A stretch of 55,229 nt of DNA from Salpingoeca rosetta (taxonomy: Eukaryota > Protista > Choanoflagellata), in the NCBI GenBank assembly GCA_033442325.1, contig JAWQFM010000003.1, positions 1,834,497 through 1,889,725 on the forward strand, read 5' to 3'. The notes beneath the pieces are model-generated. The model worked only from the letters and a program-made list of their open reading frames with translations, did no database searches and was not told the origin of the DNA. The position numbers were made by a program, and so were the translations under genes. Positions 11,190-23,565 of the stretch are shown one piece after another. Each line of letters begins with the position of its first letter. The first letter of the stretch is position 1.

Positions 11190-14152
11190 CCCGTGCAACC
11201 AAAGGGACGAGTCGTCCAGGAACGCGTCGGCCTCGCACGGCGATGCGGTGAAGGCCATGACGGTAATGTCGCCAGAGACGGACCGGTTGAAGAGGCGAGC
11301 CGTAAAGTCCTCGTTGATGGAAGCGACGGTGGCAATAATGGTGCCCTGGCGCAGGTCGATGCGCAGAATGAATCTGCGACGCGTCCTGCGTCGTGGTTGA
11401 TGGACTGCACCAGCGCGGCCTCAAACGCCTCGTGGCGCGACTGCGTGTCGGCAAGGGCGTTGAACTTGGCGTCAAAGACGAGCGAGACAGAGTACGCGGG
11501 CACGCACGCACGGTGGGAGCACCTCAAGCTGCGTCGCTGATGGTGGTGCAGAGGCAGTCCGTCGTGGCCGTGGGCGCTGACACCTCGTACTCCGTGTGCT
11601 GGCACGAGCGCACGCGCTGGCACTCGCGGTCGTTGACCAGCGACGGCGCAACGAGCTCGTACTCTGTTAGACAGGCACTGCGTCCACGGCGAGCAGATGC
11701 CTGTGGTTCTGCGTCGTGGGCGTGAGCGGGCACGAGATGAACGTGCTGTTGTTGGGGCACGTGCGGCCCATCTGGCACTCGCGGTCCATGCCGCTGGTGG
11801 TGGGCGCGGCCGTCTCAAACGAGCCAGGCTCGCAGGGCGACACACGCGCGTGGAGAAGTCCGTGTTGCTGTCGCGGTAGAACAGGGCCTCGATGCAGCGG
11901 CGGTACTGGCGGTCCGTGAAGATGGTGGGGCGCACCATCTCCTCGTAGCCGAGGTCGCACTCCGTCACAGGTGTGCAATCGCGCTGGGCCAGAGAGGGAG
12001 GCAAAGTCCACGCCAGCCTGGCACGGCGTACACGGCGTGTGCTGGCGTTGCGGCGGTCCAGGTCGGCGGTGCCGGCTGGGCACAGGAACTGCTCGCAGGA
12101 GCCGATGGAGTCCGCAGGCACATAGTGGCCGCAAGGGCACGGCTGGCAGGCGGTGAGCGGGTTGCGGTCGTGGTCGGTGCTGCCGATGGGGCACGGCTCG
12201 CACTTGGCGTCGGAGGTGGAGGTGGGCGCACGCATGCGATGCTCGCCAGGGTCACACTTGGTGATGAGGTGACACAGGCGGTGCGCTCGTACTCCGTCGA
12301 CGGGTTGCACTGGGTCAGGTCGCGGCAGATGCGATCTATGGTTGGCGTGAGAGCGGGGAACAGCTCAAACTGGTCCTGGTCGCACACGTCCAGCGTCGTG
12401 CACTCTGTGTCGTTGGTGGCGGTGCATGGCGCGCTGCGGTACTGCTCATCGGAGCACATGCTGCACTGCTGGCACGACACGTCGTTCTCTGAGTTGCAGG
12501 CGCGCAGGATGTATGTGTTCGGCGGTCACGCAGAGCAGCCAGCGCACTGCACGTTCTCCAGCGTGGAGCAGGCGCGAATCTCGAAGCGGCCGCTGGGGCA
12601 CTCGGAGCACTCCAGCGTGCACTCGCGGTTGGAGTCGAGCGTGGGCACCTGGCTCTGGAAGGTGCCAAACTCGCACTTGCTCACGGCCATGCGGGGAAAT
12701 GTACTCTGAGGCAGCGCAACGCGACACGGGCACGCACGTGTCCTGGACGTACTTGCGGCAGGGGCGGTCGTGCTGGCGTGTGGGTTTGCAAAGCGAATCT
12801 CTTCCCTCGCCCGGGCCGCACTGCGTGACGGGGCGGCATGACTCGGCCTGGCCGTCGACGGGCTTGAAGGTGGCGCCAACCTCGCACTGGCTGCACACGC
12901 AGGTCGCTCGTGGGGGTGGGCTCGGCTGTCTCCTCCTCGCCGGCGTCGCACGTGGTGACGGGGAGACAGGGCACGCCCTGGCCAGAGACAGCCTTGTGCG
13001 TGCCCTCTGTGCACTCGTCGCAGACGCGGTCGCTGATGAGGAGCGTCATGGCCTGCACCTCTTCATGCCCGGATGCGCACTCTGTGACGTCCATGCACGT
13101 GGTGGTGGGGTCGCTGTCGTGGTGGTGGTGGGTGCCTGCGCGGCAGGTGAAGCTGGAACAGGAGCCGTGGCAGCCCGCCTCCGTGTAGTGGCCGGCGGGG
13201 CACATCTGGCAACCCGTGGAGCCGTCGCTGTCCTCGTCGATGGTGCCCGGGCAGTCGCGCACACGCGGTCCAAGGAACAGCAGGTTGGCGCGGAGACCTC
13301 CTCCTGGCCGCGCTCACACTCCTCAATGGGCTCGCACTTGCTGCCGCCAATGGATGGGGAGAACTCCGTCACGCTGTCGCACGGCCGACAGTCGGCCGAA
13401 TCGGCGTCGTAGACAAGGATGAAGCCAGCGCTGCACTCGCACGTGTCTGTGCAGCCTGGGCAGGAGCGGCGTGCCTCGTAGGCGTCCATCTGGCGAATGG
13501 TGTCGCGGATGCCATCCTCGCCTTGGCCGGAGCAGCACACGTCAAGCACCACGTCGAGCTGCTCGTCCGTGGGCTCGGCGCACACAATCTCCTCAAACAG
13601 TTGCGTGATGAGCTTGTTGCAGGTGAGCGTGTCGCAGGAGCACAGGCGGTCCGTGGTGAGCGTGGGCGGGATGGTCTCGATGAAGGGCTCCTCGCACACG
13701 CTGGTGGGGAAGCACGAGGCGCGGTCCGGCAGCGGCTGGTACTCCATGCCAAAGGGTGCAGCTCACGCACGCACGATCATGCACGGCGTTGCCAGAGACT
13801 GACTCCTTCTGACCCGGCTTGCACTCGGTCCAGGGAGAGCAGACGACGTCGAAGGACGCGGAGCATGAGGTAGAGGCCCAAGTGCACATGCCGCACGTGG
13901 TGCATGGCACGCAGCGGTGGTCCTTGGCGTAGAAGTAATCGAGAGGGCAATGGGCAATGCACGACTGGTGAGATTGCTGTCGCAGAGGAGGCAGTCGGTG
14001 GCGCCCGGTGGGGTAGCACTTGGCACACGCGTGGAGTGGCACTCGGCACACCCGTTGGCCGAGCTCATACTCGCCATCGTCGGGGCACTCGCTGATGCAG
14101 CGGCCGTTACTGGAGGGAGGGTTGGGTCCGCAGGCCGTGCACTCAACGATGT
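11190..14152 (-). pseudogene. Large Cys-rich extracellular protein (furin-like, TNFR-like and GCC2/GCC3-like repeats, SEA-like domain) with many frameshifts
   Basis: Overlapping minus ORFs 13593, 13046, 12681, 12526, 11965 and 11051 each carry part of it: CPSGRFEIRACSTLENVQC, CSDEQYRSAPCTATNDTEC, CQPCPCGHYVP. The SEA-like segment is VSLVFDAKF...ILRIDLRQGTIIATVASI. Acceptor ctccag| at 14153. Confidence 0.8.
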
Positions 14153-14287
14153 CTGGAGAGGAAGGGTATGGAGGTGGAGGGGAACATGGGGTGAGAGGCA
14201 ATGACAACACTGTTGTGAGTATTGAGGAACCATGCACCGCTTCATCTCCTCAAGGACACAAAACTAAGAAGAGACATTGAGGACAAG

Positions 14288-14356
<69 letters not shown>

Positions 14357-14375
14357 CCAACATAAGTCAACATAC

Positions 14376-14884
14376 CATTGGTCCGTGATGAAGCTATCCT
14401 TGAGGATCCGCCGCACGGTGTTGTGCGCCGTGTTGATTGTCATGCGGTTGTGCTTCACAGCCTGCTCCAAGTGGCCGTTTGTGGTGAAGTATGTCTCTCC
14501 GAGCTCCATATCCGCGCTGCCGTTCAGCGTCTTCGCGACAGCGTCGACGGAACTCGTGGGCGTACGTGTTGGCGTTGACCATGTTTGCAAATCGCACCAC
14601 AGTCTGTTCCAATCGTCACCATGTCACGCTTCCACTGCCCGCACACGACGTCGTTGAGCAGCATGTTATTCGCACACGGCGAGGACACGCCGTTGATGCT
14701 GGCGTACGAGCACATGGCAGCAAGCGCCCGCGCTTGTACTGCACATGAGACATACGGCAGAGGGGAGCGGGATGAACATAAGGAAGTGGGAGGTGAGGGG
14801 ATGTGGCAGGTCTGGTGGCGTGGACGAACTCACAAGAAATGTTGATTGGAGATACACGAGCTGACACAGACAGACAGACAGACA

Positions 14885-14917
<33 letters not shown>

Positions 14918-16421
14918 CGGTGTCCCAGAGGTCAGAGGTGGAGATGTTCCCGTTGAATGCCACGCGGTTGTCTCGACCGAGTGCGCGTTAACGTGCTTGA
15001 GACCTAAAACGCGATGGAGTGGTGACAGCAGTGTAAATGACACGACTGCCACGAAGTGCAAATGAAGCAGCGTCGCTGACACGATTGTGGGCAATTGCAC
15101 ACACGCACGTGTGTGAGGTTTAATGCGTGTGCGTACCTGCTGTCATTTTCTTGTACTTCCTGTCTGGGCCGTCCTGGCAGCCGGCCACGTAAGCAGCAGC
15201 GTACTCGCCGCTCAAGCAGGGGTCTCAGAGGTTGAGAGGGGTGCAGTAAAGGTGAGAGGGTGGGCCTGCAAAGTGAGTGAGTGAGTGGGTGAGTGTGAAG
15301 GGGGGTTGGGGCTATGCGTGCGACTGTTGCAGAGTGATCGCATGGGTGTGATGTGTGCACCAGCGTCAGCAACACGTGATGAAAGGGCACCTGTGCTTTT
15401 GAGTACGATCTTCTGCAAGACGCTGCCACCCCTGTGCCGGCTGAGATTGTTGAAGGCGCGCATCTCTGTGGATATGACCTGGAAGTGAAGGACCAGTGGC
15501 GGGACGAGGGGTGGGGAAATGAACGACAGGAGCTTTGATCAAGGAGAACCCGACATAGCAGACGCAAACACACACACACACACACACACACAGACACACA
15601 GACACACACAGACACACACACAAACACACTCACACACACACATTCGGTTGAAGGCTGCGCCAAGACTTTGGGGCTCAATGAACGTGGTGGCACACTTGTC
15701 CTGGCTGATGATGCACGCAGAGGCAACGGCCGTGTTCGTCTCCACCAGATGCAGATACGGCGGGATGGCGAGCCTGCAACCCATGCACACACACATGTGA
15801 GCATGAAGAAGGAGGTGGTGTTGCTGTGTGAGCAGTGGTGGTGGCGGTTGATGCCGCTGTGGCACGAAGAAACGGGGAAGGGAAACACAACAAGACAGAG
15901 CCACGAGTCACTGCGTTGGTACTGAATGCCCTTTCCCACCTCTTGATGCCATAGTCGAGGAAGGCGCATGGGCTGGTGACGGGATCAGGGCCAATGAGAC
16001 CGGCCTTCTCCTGAAGACTGAGGCGTCCAATGAGGTCGTCGAGGCGGGCACCGATGGACAGACTCGTGTTGCAAGAACGGCAACTCCCTCGTCGCTGCAG
16101 ACAGGCACGCATGGCCTGACGAGGCAAGGTGCAACAGCAGTCACGTATGAGCTGAGAGAGAGAGAGAGTGTGTGTGTGTGTGTATTGTGATTGTTGTGTG
16201 TGTTGTGTGCGTGTGTGTGTGCATGTGTGTTGGAATCACCTGCGGGAACGGGTTTGCCGGAACAGTTTGCCCGGATTGATGTTCATGCGATTGGCTGCTC
16301 TGCACATCTCGGTTGACACCCCCGTGCATGGCTCGTTGCAGTCGGAGGAAGGCTGGATAAAAGTGTGTGTGTTGGGTGGGGGTGGGGGGAGTGTGAATGC
16401 TGGTCGCATACACTAATGTGT

Positions 16422-16514
<93 letters not shown>

Positions 16515-16774
16515 GCCGAGACTGCGCGGTGGAATTCAGCTTGGGTGTTCGCAGAAGCAGCATTGGTAGCCATACTCAACGGCGCTTGAGTGAAAAAGTT
16601 GAAGGTGTAGCAGAGCGTGGCACACGCCTCACGCGTCATGGACGTCTGCGCCATGTTGCCAGCAAGCGCAAACATCCAATTGTCAGCGAGGTGTGTGCGA
16701 GTGTGTGGGGGAGGGGAGGGGGGTTGGTAGGTGAGAGCAGCGATGGGACGAGGGGATGCGCACGTAAGCCGCTT

Positions 16775-16829
<55 letters not shown>

Positions 16830-17038
16830 TGATCTTGCTGCACTGGACTTGAGCTTGAGACGACGCTCGCCACAGTGGCTGAACAGCACACACAGCACAC
16901 ACACACCAACCAACAGCGGCGCTGTCTCTCTGTTCCACAAACACACACACAAATGTGTCGAGAGAGCGCTTTTTTGTTTTGTTACGTGCGGATGTGGCAC
17001 CAACCCACCAGCAGCACTGTCACTGCCGTTGCACGCAT
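14376..17038 (-). pseudogene. Secreted WSC-domain + GH3 beta-xylosidase/glucosidase, N-terminal half
   Basis: Signal-like MRATAVTVLLVG; WSC-like SMTREACATLC...VEYGYQC; NTSLSIGARLDDLIGRLSLQEK; ATTFIEPQSLGAAFNR; ISTEMRAFNN; MCSYASING...GTDCGAI (GH3 nucleophile motif). Frameshifts are present and the GH3 C-terminal domain is absent. Confidence 0.85.
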
Positions 17039-17460
17039 TCTTGTCTTCTTGTCTTCTTCCCCACAAAACACAAACACAGAAAAATGCCGAGTCAGCACTT
17101 TCTTCTTTGTTGTTGAAAGGGGTTCACTGTTGTGTGATGGAAGGCAGACACACAGACACGCACAGACACGCACAAGCATGCACATGCACGCACACGCAGG
17201 GGCGAACGGCTTGACAAGGAGCAGTGCTCTGCGTGGAACGAAAGGGAAGAGGGTAACAACTGCTGTGCTGCTTGCGACCGGGACAAAAGCACGACAAGTG
17301 CACGGCAAGCCAGCCAGCAGGCAGTGAACAACCACAAACAGGTCTCCTTCTTGGCCCGTTTGCGTGTGCATGTGTGACATAAGCCACAAACACTGTCAGT
17401 CAGCCCACCGTCTGGCAACAGCATCCAAGATGTACTCGGCAAGGGCACTGGCAACTGCTA

Positions 17461-17930
17461 TTGGGAATTGGTGGCGTCGTTACCAGCACCGGCCTCATCT
17501 ACGGCATCCCTCCCTTTGATGCAACTCCCACCACCTCTGTGCTCATCATCAACCCATCAACAACAGCAACAGCAATGACAGCGGCGGTGACAGCGGCAGT
17601 GGATTACACGACCGCGAGGCGGTTGAGCCATGTGGGCACCGCAGACGGCGGCGTGCTGGCTCACAACACCCTCCCTTGCGGGTGTGACCTGATTGCAGCA
17701 CGAGCACACCAGGCACCACCATGCTTGGTGGGCTGCGACACGGCGGATGCAAGTGGATCAGCGGCGTGGCTGCGGACAATGGCCTTTTCCTGCCACGGCA
17801 TTTCATGCAACTCGCCATCCATCCTCATCGTCGATCCAGCCGCAAGTGCGGTGGACACAGCCATGCTGTCCGTTCCTAGAAGTGGTACGGTGGTGAGTGC
17901 TGGCTGGCAACGACTTGCTGTCATGTCCTC
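17461..17930 (+). pseudogene. Fragment of a GGVL..GxIYGIP..VLxIDP propeller-type repeat protein
   Basis: GGVVTSTGLIYGIPPFDA..SVLIINP; GGVLAH; GISCNSPSILIVDPAASAVDT. Degenerate. Confidence 0.5.
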
Positions 17931-18039
17931 CTCGTTGATCCGCGGTCCTGACACAGGTAGGCGTGCATATGTGTGTGTGTGTGGTGGAAGAGGGGTGCAT
18001 ATGGGGTTGGCACTCACCATGTGCGACTGCTGATGCTTA

Positions 18040-18809
18040 CACGCTTCATCAATCCTGTCTGTTCCATCTCATCACACCACCTCAGTGAATTCCACCACCC
18101 CGACGGCCTCGATGTGTCCATGCCACTCTTCTCCATGGTGACATTCATTCATTCATTCACACCGGAGCAGCGACGCGTTCCGTCCGCACAAACAGGAACA
18201 TCCTCGTCACCTTCAGGTCTGTGCATGCGTGTGTGGTGTGACGTGGTGCGATGTGAGGTTCGATGTTCACTGTTGCTGCTGGGTTTTGAGGGGTTGGTGT
18301 CGCTCACTGCACCGCCACTTGCCCTTCTTGTGTTACTGCAATCTCACTCCAAACTTGTTGTGGTGCCGCTGTTTGACGTGTGTCTCTTCTTTCCCTGTTG
18401 TGCAGAAGCACGAAGTCTGCTCGCTCTGATGCCATGCGGAACCATCTCCCCAAGCTGCACAACGGCAGGTGTGGTGTGCTGCGCGTGTGATGTGTTGTGT
18501 TATCGTGTTCCGTGTGTGTGTCGTGCGTTGCCTCGGCGTCAACTAGTTTTGGTGCTGTGTGTGTGTGTCTGTCTGGATCCACCACACACACACACACATC
18601 GCCTGTGTTTGTGCGCGTTTGCAGGGACATTGTGTTGGTGTGCGCGTGCCGGTGGTTTGGCGAAGAGCGCATGGGCCGTGAGGGGGAAGGTTGGATATGA
18701 CCCATCGTGTAAGCAGGCAGAGGAAGAGTTCAACAAGTACACGTACACGGAGCTGGCGCTGGAGACCAAGTTTGGGCTCATCGTGGAAGGATTTGGCTAT
18801 CACCCCTTC

Positions 18810-18862
<53 letters not shown>

Positions 18863-19023
18863 GCAGACGATTTCGGACCTGTTGGTGCTCATCACCACCT
18901 TCCATCTCCTGTCACCCCCCTTTCATGCCTCATAGATCATGGCTGCGGGTGCCATCCCCATCATTGTCGTCAATCACTACGTGCTGGTGCGTATTGGTGG
19001 ATTTTACATTGTGTGTGTGGTGT

Positions 19024-19070
<47 letters not shown>

Positions 19071-19072
19071 AG

Positions 19073-19112
<40 letters not shown>

Positions 19113-19711
19113 AGATGTACTCCCCGTCGCTCATGGTGACGTGATGTTATGGCGTTTGCTTTTTGCACACCTGCAGCCCTACCAGGACCTGCTGGACTGG
19201 GAGACGTTCAGCATTCGCATTCCCCGAGCACAGGCTCCTTGAGGTGTGGTGACAGATCGTTGATATGGGCATGTGAAGTGATGCGTGAGCGGGTGATGTA
19301 GTTTGATGGGGATTGTGGTTGTGATGGCTTGCATGGCACGTCGCTTACACACTCACGCACGATCACACACACACACACACATACAACTGCGGTTAGCTTC
19401 CGAGGATCCTGCGGTCGATCCCTGATGAGGTGGTGGAGATGATGCAGAGACGCGTTGTGTTTGTGTTTGAGGAGTTCTTCAAGTCCCTCTCCACCCAAGT
19501 GCACACAGGTGAGGGAGTGTGGTTGGGACAGGGGCCTGTGCAGTGAGTGTGGCAACGTGTGCGGTGTAGTGTGTGCGTTGCTCGCTTGTTCTCATGTCCA
19601 TTCAACCACTCCCACCATCTGCCAACTCGTGTGTCTTGTCTGCGCTATTTGCTGCTGTCAGCGCTGGAGTCTGCCAGGATCAACCTGTTCAGCGGCGACA
19701 ACGCCTGACAG

Positions 19712-19769
<58 letters not shown>

Positions 19770-19995
19770 GTGTCGACGTGCGTGTTCTCTTCTCCACCCA
19801 TCCACACGCCGTCATCACCACCTCCTCATTTTCTCATGTGTGTTTGCTGACATCCTTCCCTTCCCATCCTCAACACCGGCACCAATACCACCCTCCACGC
19901 TTGCTTCTCCTTCCTTCTGCTGTCGCCACACATAGGGCCCTTGAGCCAGCAGATGTCACCCCTCCTGCACCAACCACCACTGCTCTGATGGGATG
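18040..19995 (+). pseudogene. Exostosin (GT47) family glycosyltransferase, C-terminal exons
   Basis: HPDGLDVSMPLF; YTELALETKFGLIVEGFGYHPFR; IMAAGAIPIIVVNHYVL|PYQDLLDWETFSIRIP; LPRILRSIPDEVVEMMQRRVVFVFEEFF. Frame changes are present, and an in-frame TGA at ~19706 precedes a further donor and exon. Confidence 0.8.
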
Positions 19996-21702
19996 AACAG
20001 ACGAGCGCTGCCATGCGATGACCATCCAGCCACGCTTGTGCGGCTGTGGAAGCAGCAACACCAACACACACAAACAAGCAAGCGATGAGCAACGTGAGCG
20101 CATCACTTTACATGTATGTGTGTGTGTGATGTGCACCGCACCAGTGTGCGTATTTTGTGATCGCTGTCTCTGCTGCTCCTGTCTCCCCTTGTTGTCCCAC
20201 ATCAATGTACATGCATGTGTGTGGTGCGGCTGCCTGTTTTGCCTTGCTTGATGCGCTGTCTCATTCGTCATTCTCACACACGACTGCCTGCACACCTGCA
20301 CATTCTCCACCTTGCAGCTGCTGCTTATATTCCCCTCTCTTTCTCGGCCTCCCTGGCGGCCATCACAACAACAGCAGCAGCAGCAGCAGCAGCAGCCAAC
20401 ACACCCTCTACCGCCAATGCAGCAGCAGCAGAGAATGCACCACCACCACCACCACTTGCTGCTGAACACATTCCCCAGCCAAACAACCAAGCAAGCAAGC
20501 AACCAACCCATCGCCCGCTGCTGCTGGCGGAAGCTGGCTGTTTGCAGCTGGGAACAGGTGGCGACAGCACAAGTTGCATTTTCGGCTGGAAGCAGCAGCA
20601 AGCAGAGGTGAGGGCGAGAAGAAGAGGGGAAGGGAGAGGAGATGCGTGTTGGATGGATGGATGGATGAGGTGGGGTGGGGGATGCTGGGTGAGTACGGTG
20701 TGGTGTGACTGGCTGGCTGGTGACAGAGGACGGTGGTGTGTGGTGGTGGTGTGAGGAAGAGGGATGGATGGATGGAATGGGGTGCAGCATGTCTTGTTCC
20801 CCTCCCTTCTGTTGTCTGCTTTCTCTCCCTTCCCTTTCTTCTTCACACAAATGCATGCACACCATCAGCAGTGGCAGCAGCGGTGTAGCTGCGCACATAT
20901 TCATGCTCCCTTCCTCCCTCCCACGCACTCACCATGCTGGTGCTCGCACACAACCACACACTTACAGGTGATGCGCACGCACAAGCATCAGGATGAGGGA
21001 AATGTCAAGGATACTTGTCACGCGTGCCAGCTGCACTCGCCTCACGCATGGCATGTGGGTGATGATGAGTGGTTGTTGGTTGTATGATGGGGCTGTGATG
21101 GTGATGGGGTGCGGTGAAATGAACAAGGAAGAGGGTTGATGGGGATGATGGTCACATTCACTAACACACACACAAACACATACGCGCACACGTGGTGCGT
21201 GTGACGTCAATCACTCGTTCTGCTATGCTGACGTGATGGCTTGCTGTCTGCCTGTTGTGTTCTGTTCCCACCCACGTTGCCTGCAACCACGCACATGCAC
21301 AGGTGCTGAGGTACCAGCACACATCAGGATGTTGATGGATGTGGGCTAGCATGCCGGCTGCTGCTGCTGCAACTTCCCCGATTCGGCTGCCGCTGTTGTG
21401 CTCATGCAGCGTTCCCACATGTGAGCAAGGTGAGCCCATCACGCATTCATTGGTTGGCACATGGTGCATGTGTTGCCGTTGCTGCTGTGGGTGCCTGTTG
21501 TTGCTGCTGCTGTTGGATCCCGTACAGCAGAGTAGCTGTGCAGCTCACATGCCATGTGTGCTTGCGGCTGTAGGGAGCGACTGCGTGAGGATCGTTTGAG
21601 GATGATGGGCGATGCACACATGATGGATTGGAGGAGCAGCTGCGGACACACACGTCCATGGTCATGGCGGGCACATCCAACCACAGCGACGCAATAATGT
21701 GC

Positions 21703-21754
<52 letters not shown>

Positions 21755-23489
21755 TGGGACGAGGAGGAGGAAAGCAAAAGAGAGGGGGCAGCAGGAAGGT
21801 GAACACGCTTGCTGTGCTCACATGCCATGTCTGTACCTTGTGTGTGATGATGTTGTCGTTGTGTCTTGTCGTTGTGTGTTGGTTGCATGCGCACCAGTGC
21901 CACATCAGAGGAGGGGAAAGCAGCCGCCATGAACGACACATCATCATCATCGCCCTCCCCATTTCTCTCTCCTTTTCCTCTCTTCCACCTCAGCTCCGCT
22001 GTCGTCGCCATCACCATCGCCATTGACTGCACAGCCGCCATCACACTCCAGCCGACACCAGCCCCAATCTGGCGTGAGGCAGACATTGCACATGTCAGTC
22101 GCTCTGATGAATGTGCGTGTGTGTGTGTGTGTGTGCATGGTGGTGATGGTGAGTGGGGACAGCATGTGTGCGTGCGTGTGATTGTGTGTCAGTGCGGGTG
22201 GTTGGATGGGGATGGCGTGTGGCTGATGATGCTTCGCTGTCAACCTCACCCCCTGCATTCTCTCCCATCTTGTGTCCGTGCACACACACACACACACACA
22301 ATTCACAGCGTTGGCGAGGCGCATGAAGCGGTAAAGCCAACGATGATGACAATGACGACGAGTGATGAAGGTGAGAGGGGGTGACTGAGATGTGTGCGTG
22401 TGTGTGTGNNNNNNNNNNNNNNNNNNNNNNNNNNNNNNNNNNNNNNNNNNNNNNNNNNNNNNNNNNNNNNNNNNNNNNNNNNNNNNNNNNNNNNNNNNNN
22501 NNNNNNNNGTGTTACTGAGAAAGTGGAGAGAGCGTAAGTGTGTGTGTGTGTGTGTGTGTGTTAGTTGACATGTTGTGTTTCCTCCCTTCGCCTCCCTCTT
22601 TCCTTGTCTGTTCTGTCCACTCATGTGTCTTTTCTTCTTCTTCTCTCCTGTTCGATTGATTTGGACAAAGGGCGTGTCTCCGTCTCCGTCCAACCGACCA
22701 ACCAAGCTAGCAGCCGAGCGAGCACGGCGTGGCAAGGGGCCGTTTGTTTTCACCGTTTCCACCATCAGCAACAGCAGTACCTGATGTGGCTGCATTGTGG
22801 ATGAACTGGCCCTCTGGCTCTGGTCCATCTCCTCCTCGTCGTCGTTTTTGGTCACCAACAGCAGCAGCTGCGGCCATGGATGTGGAGGTAAGATGAATGG
22901 TGGTGGTTGTGGTGATGTGGGTGGTGTGTGATGTGTTGGGTGTGAACATTAGCATGTATGTGTGTGATTGTGAAGGGTTCGTTAGATGTCGTTGGGTCTG
23001 TTGGTGCTGGCAATGGATGTTGTTGTCGTTGACAATCTGATTCTGTAACAACTCACCTCTTTCTTCACACGCACACAGGGTGTGATGTGCGTCGATGCGC
23101 CGTTGCCTCGCATGACGACGATGATTGTGGTGAGTGGTTTGTGGTGCATGTCGACAGCGCATGCCCTTGCATGTGCAGATGTGATGCTTGTGGTGGTGGT
23201 GGTTGTGGTCGTCGTGGTGTGTATCTGTGTTTGGAATGTGCGTGCACAGGTGGTGATGTGGGTGATGCGAATGTGGCACAAGGAGGTGGATGTGGTTTGT
23301 TTCTGCCATGCTGGCTCACTGCGTGGTGTCATTCTTGCTGATTTTGTTGTTTGTGCTTGCGCATGTGCACATGTGTGTGTTTTGCACAGGACGGTGGCCG
23401 TTCTCTTCCCAGGCCCTCATGACATGAGCAGGGCGATACACGCACACACAAATGTGCGAGAAAAAACGGCACCAGGTGAGACGCTGCCG

Positions 23490-23565
<76 letters not shown>

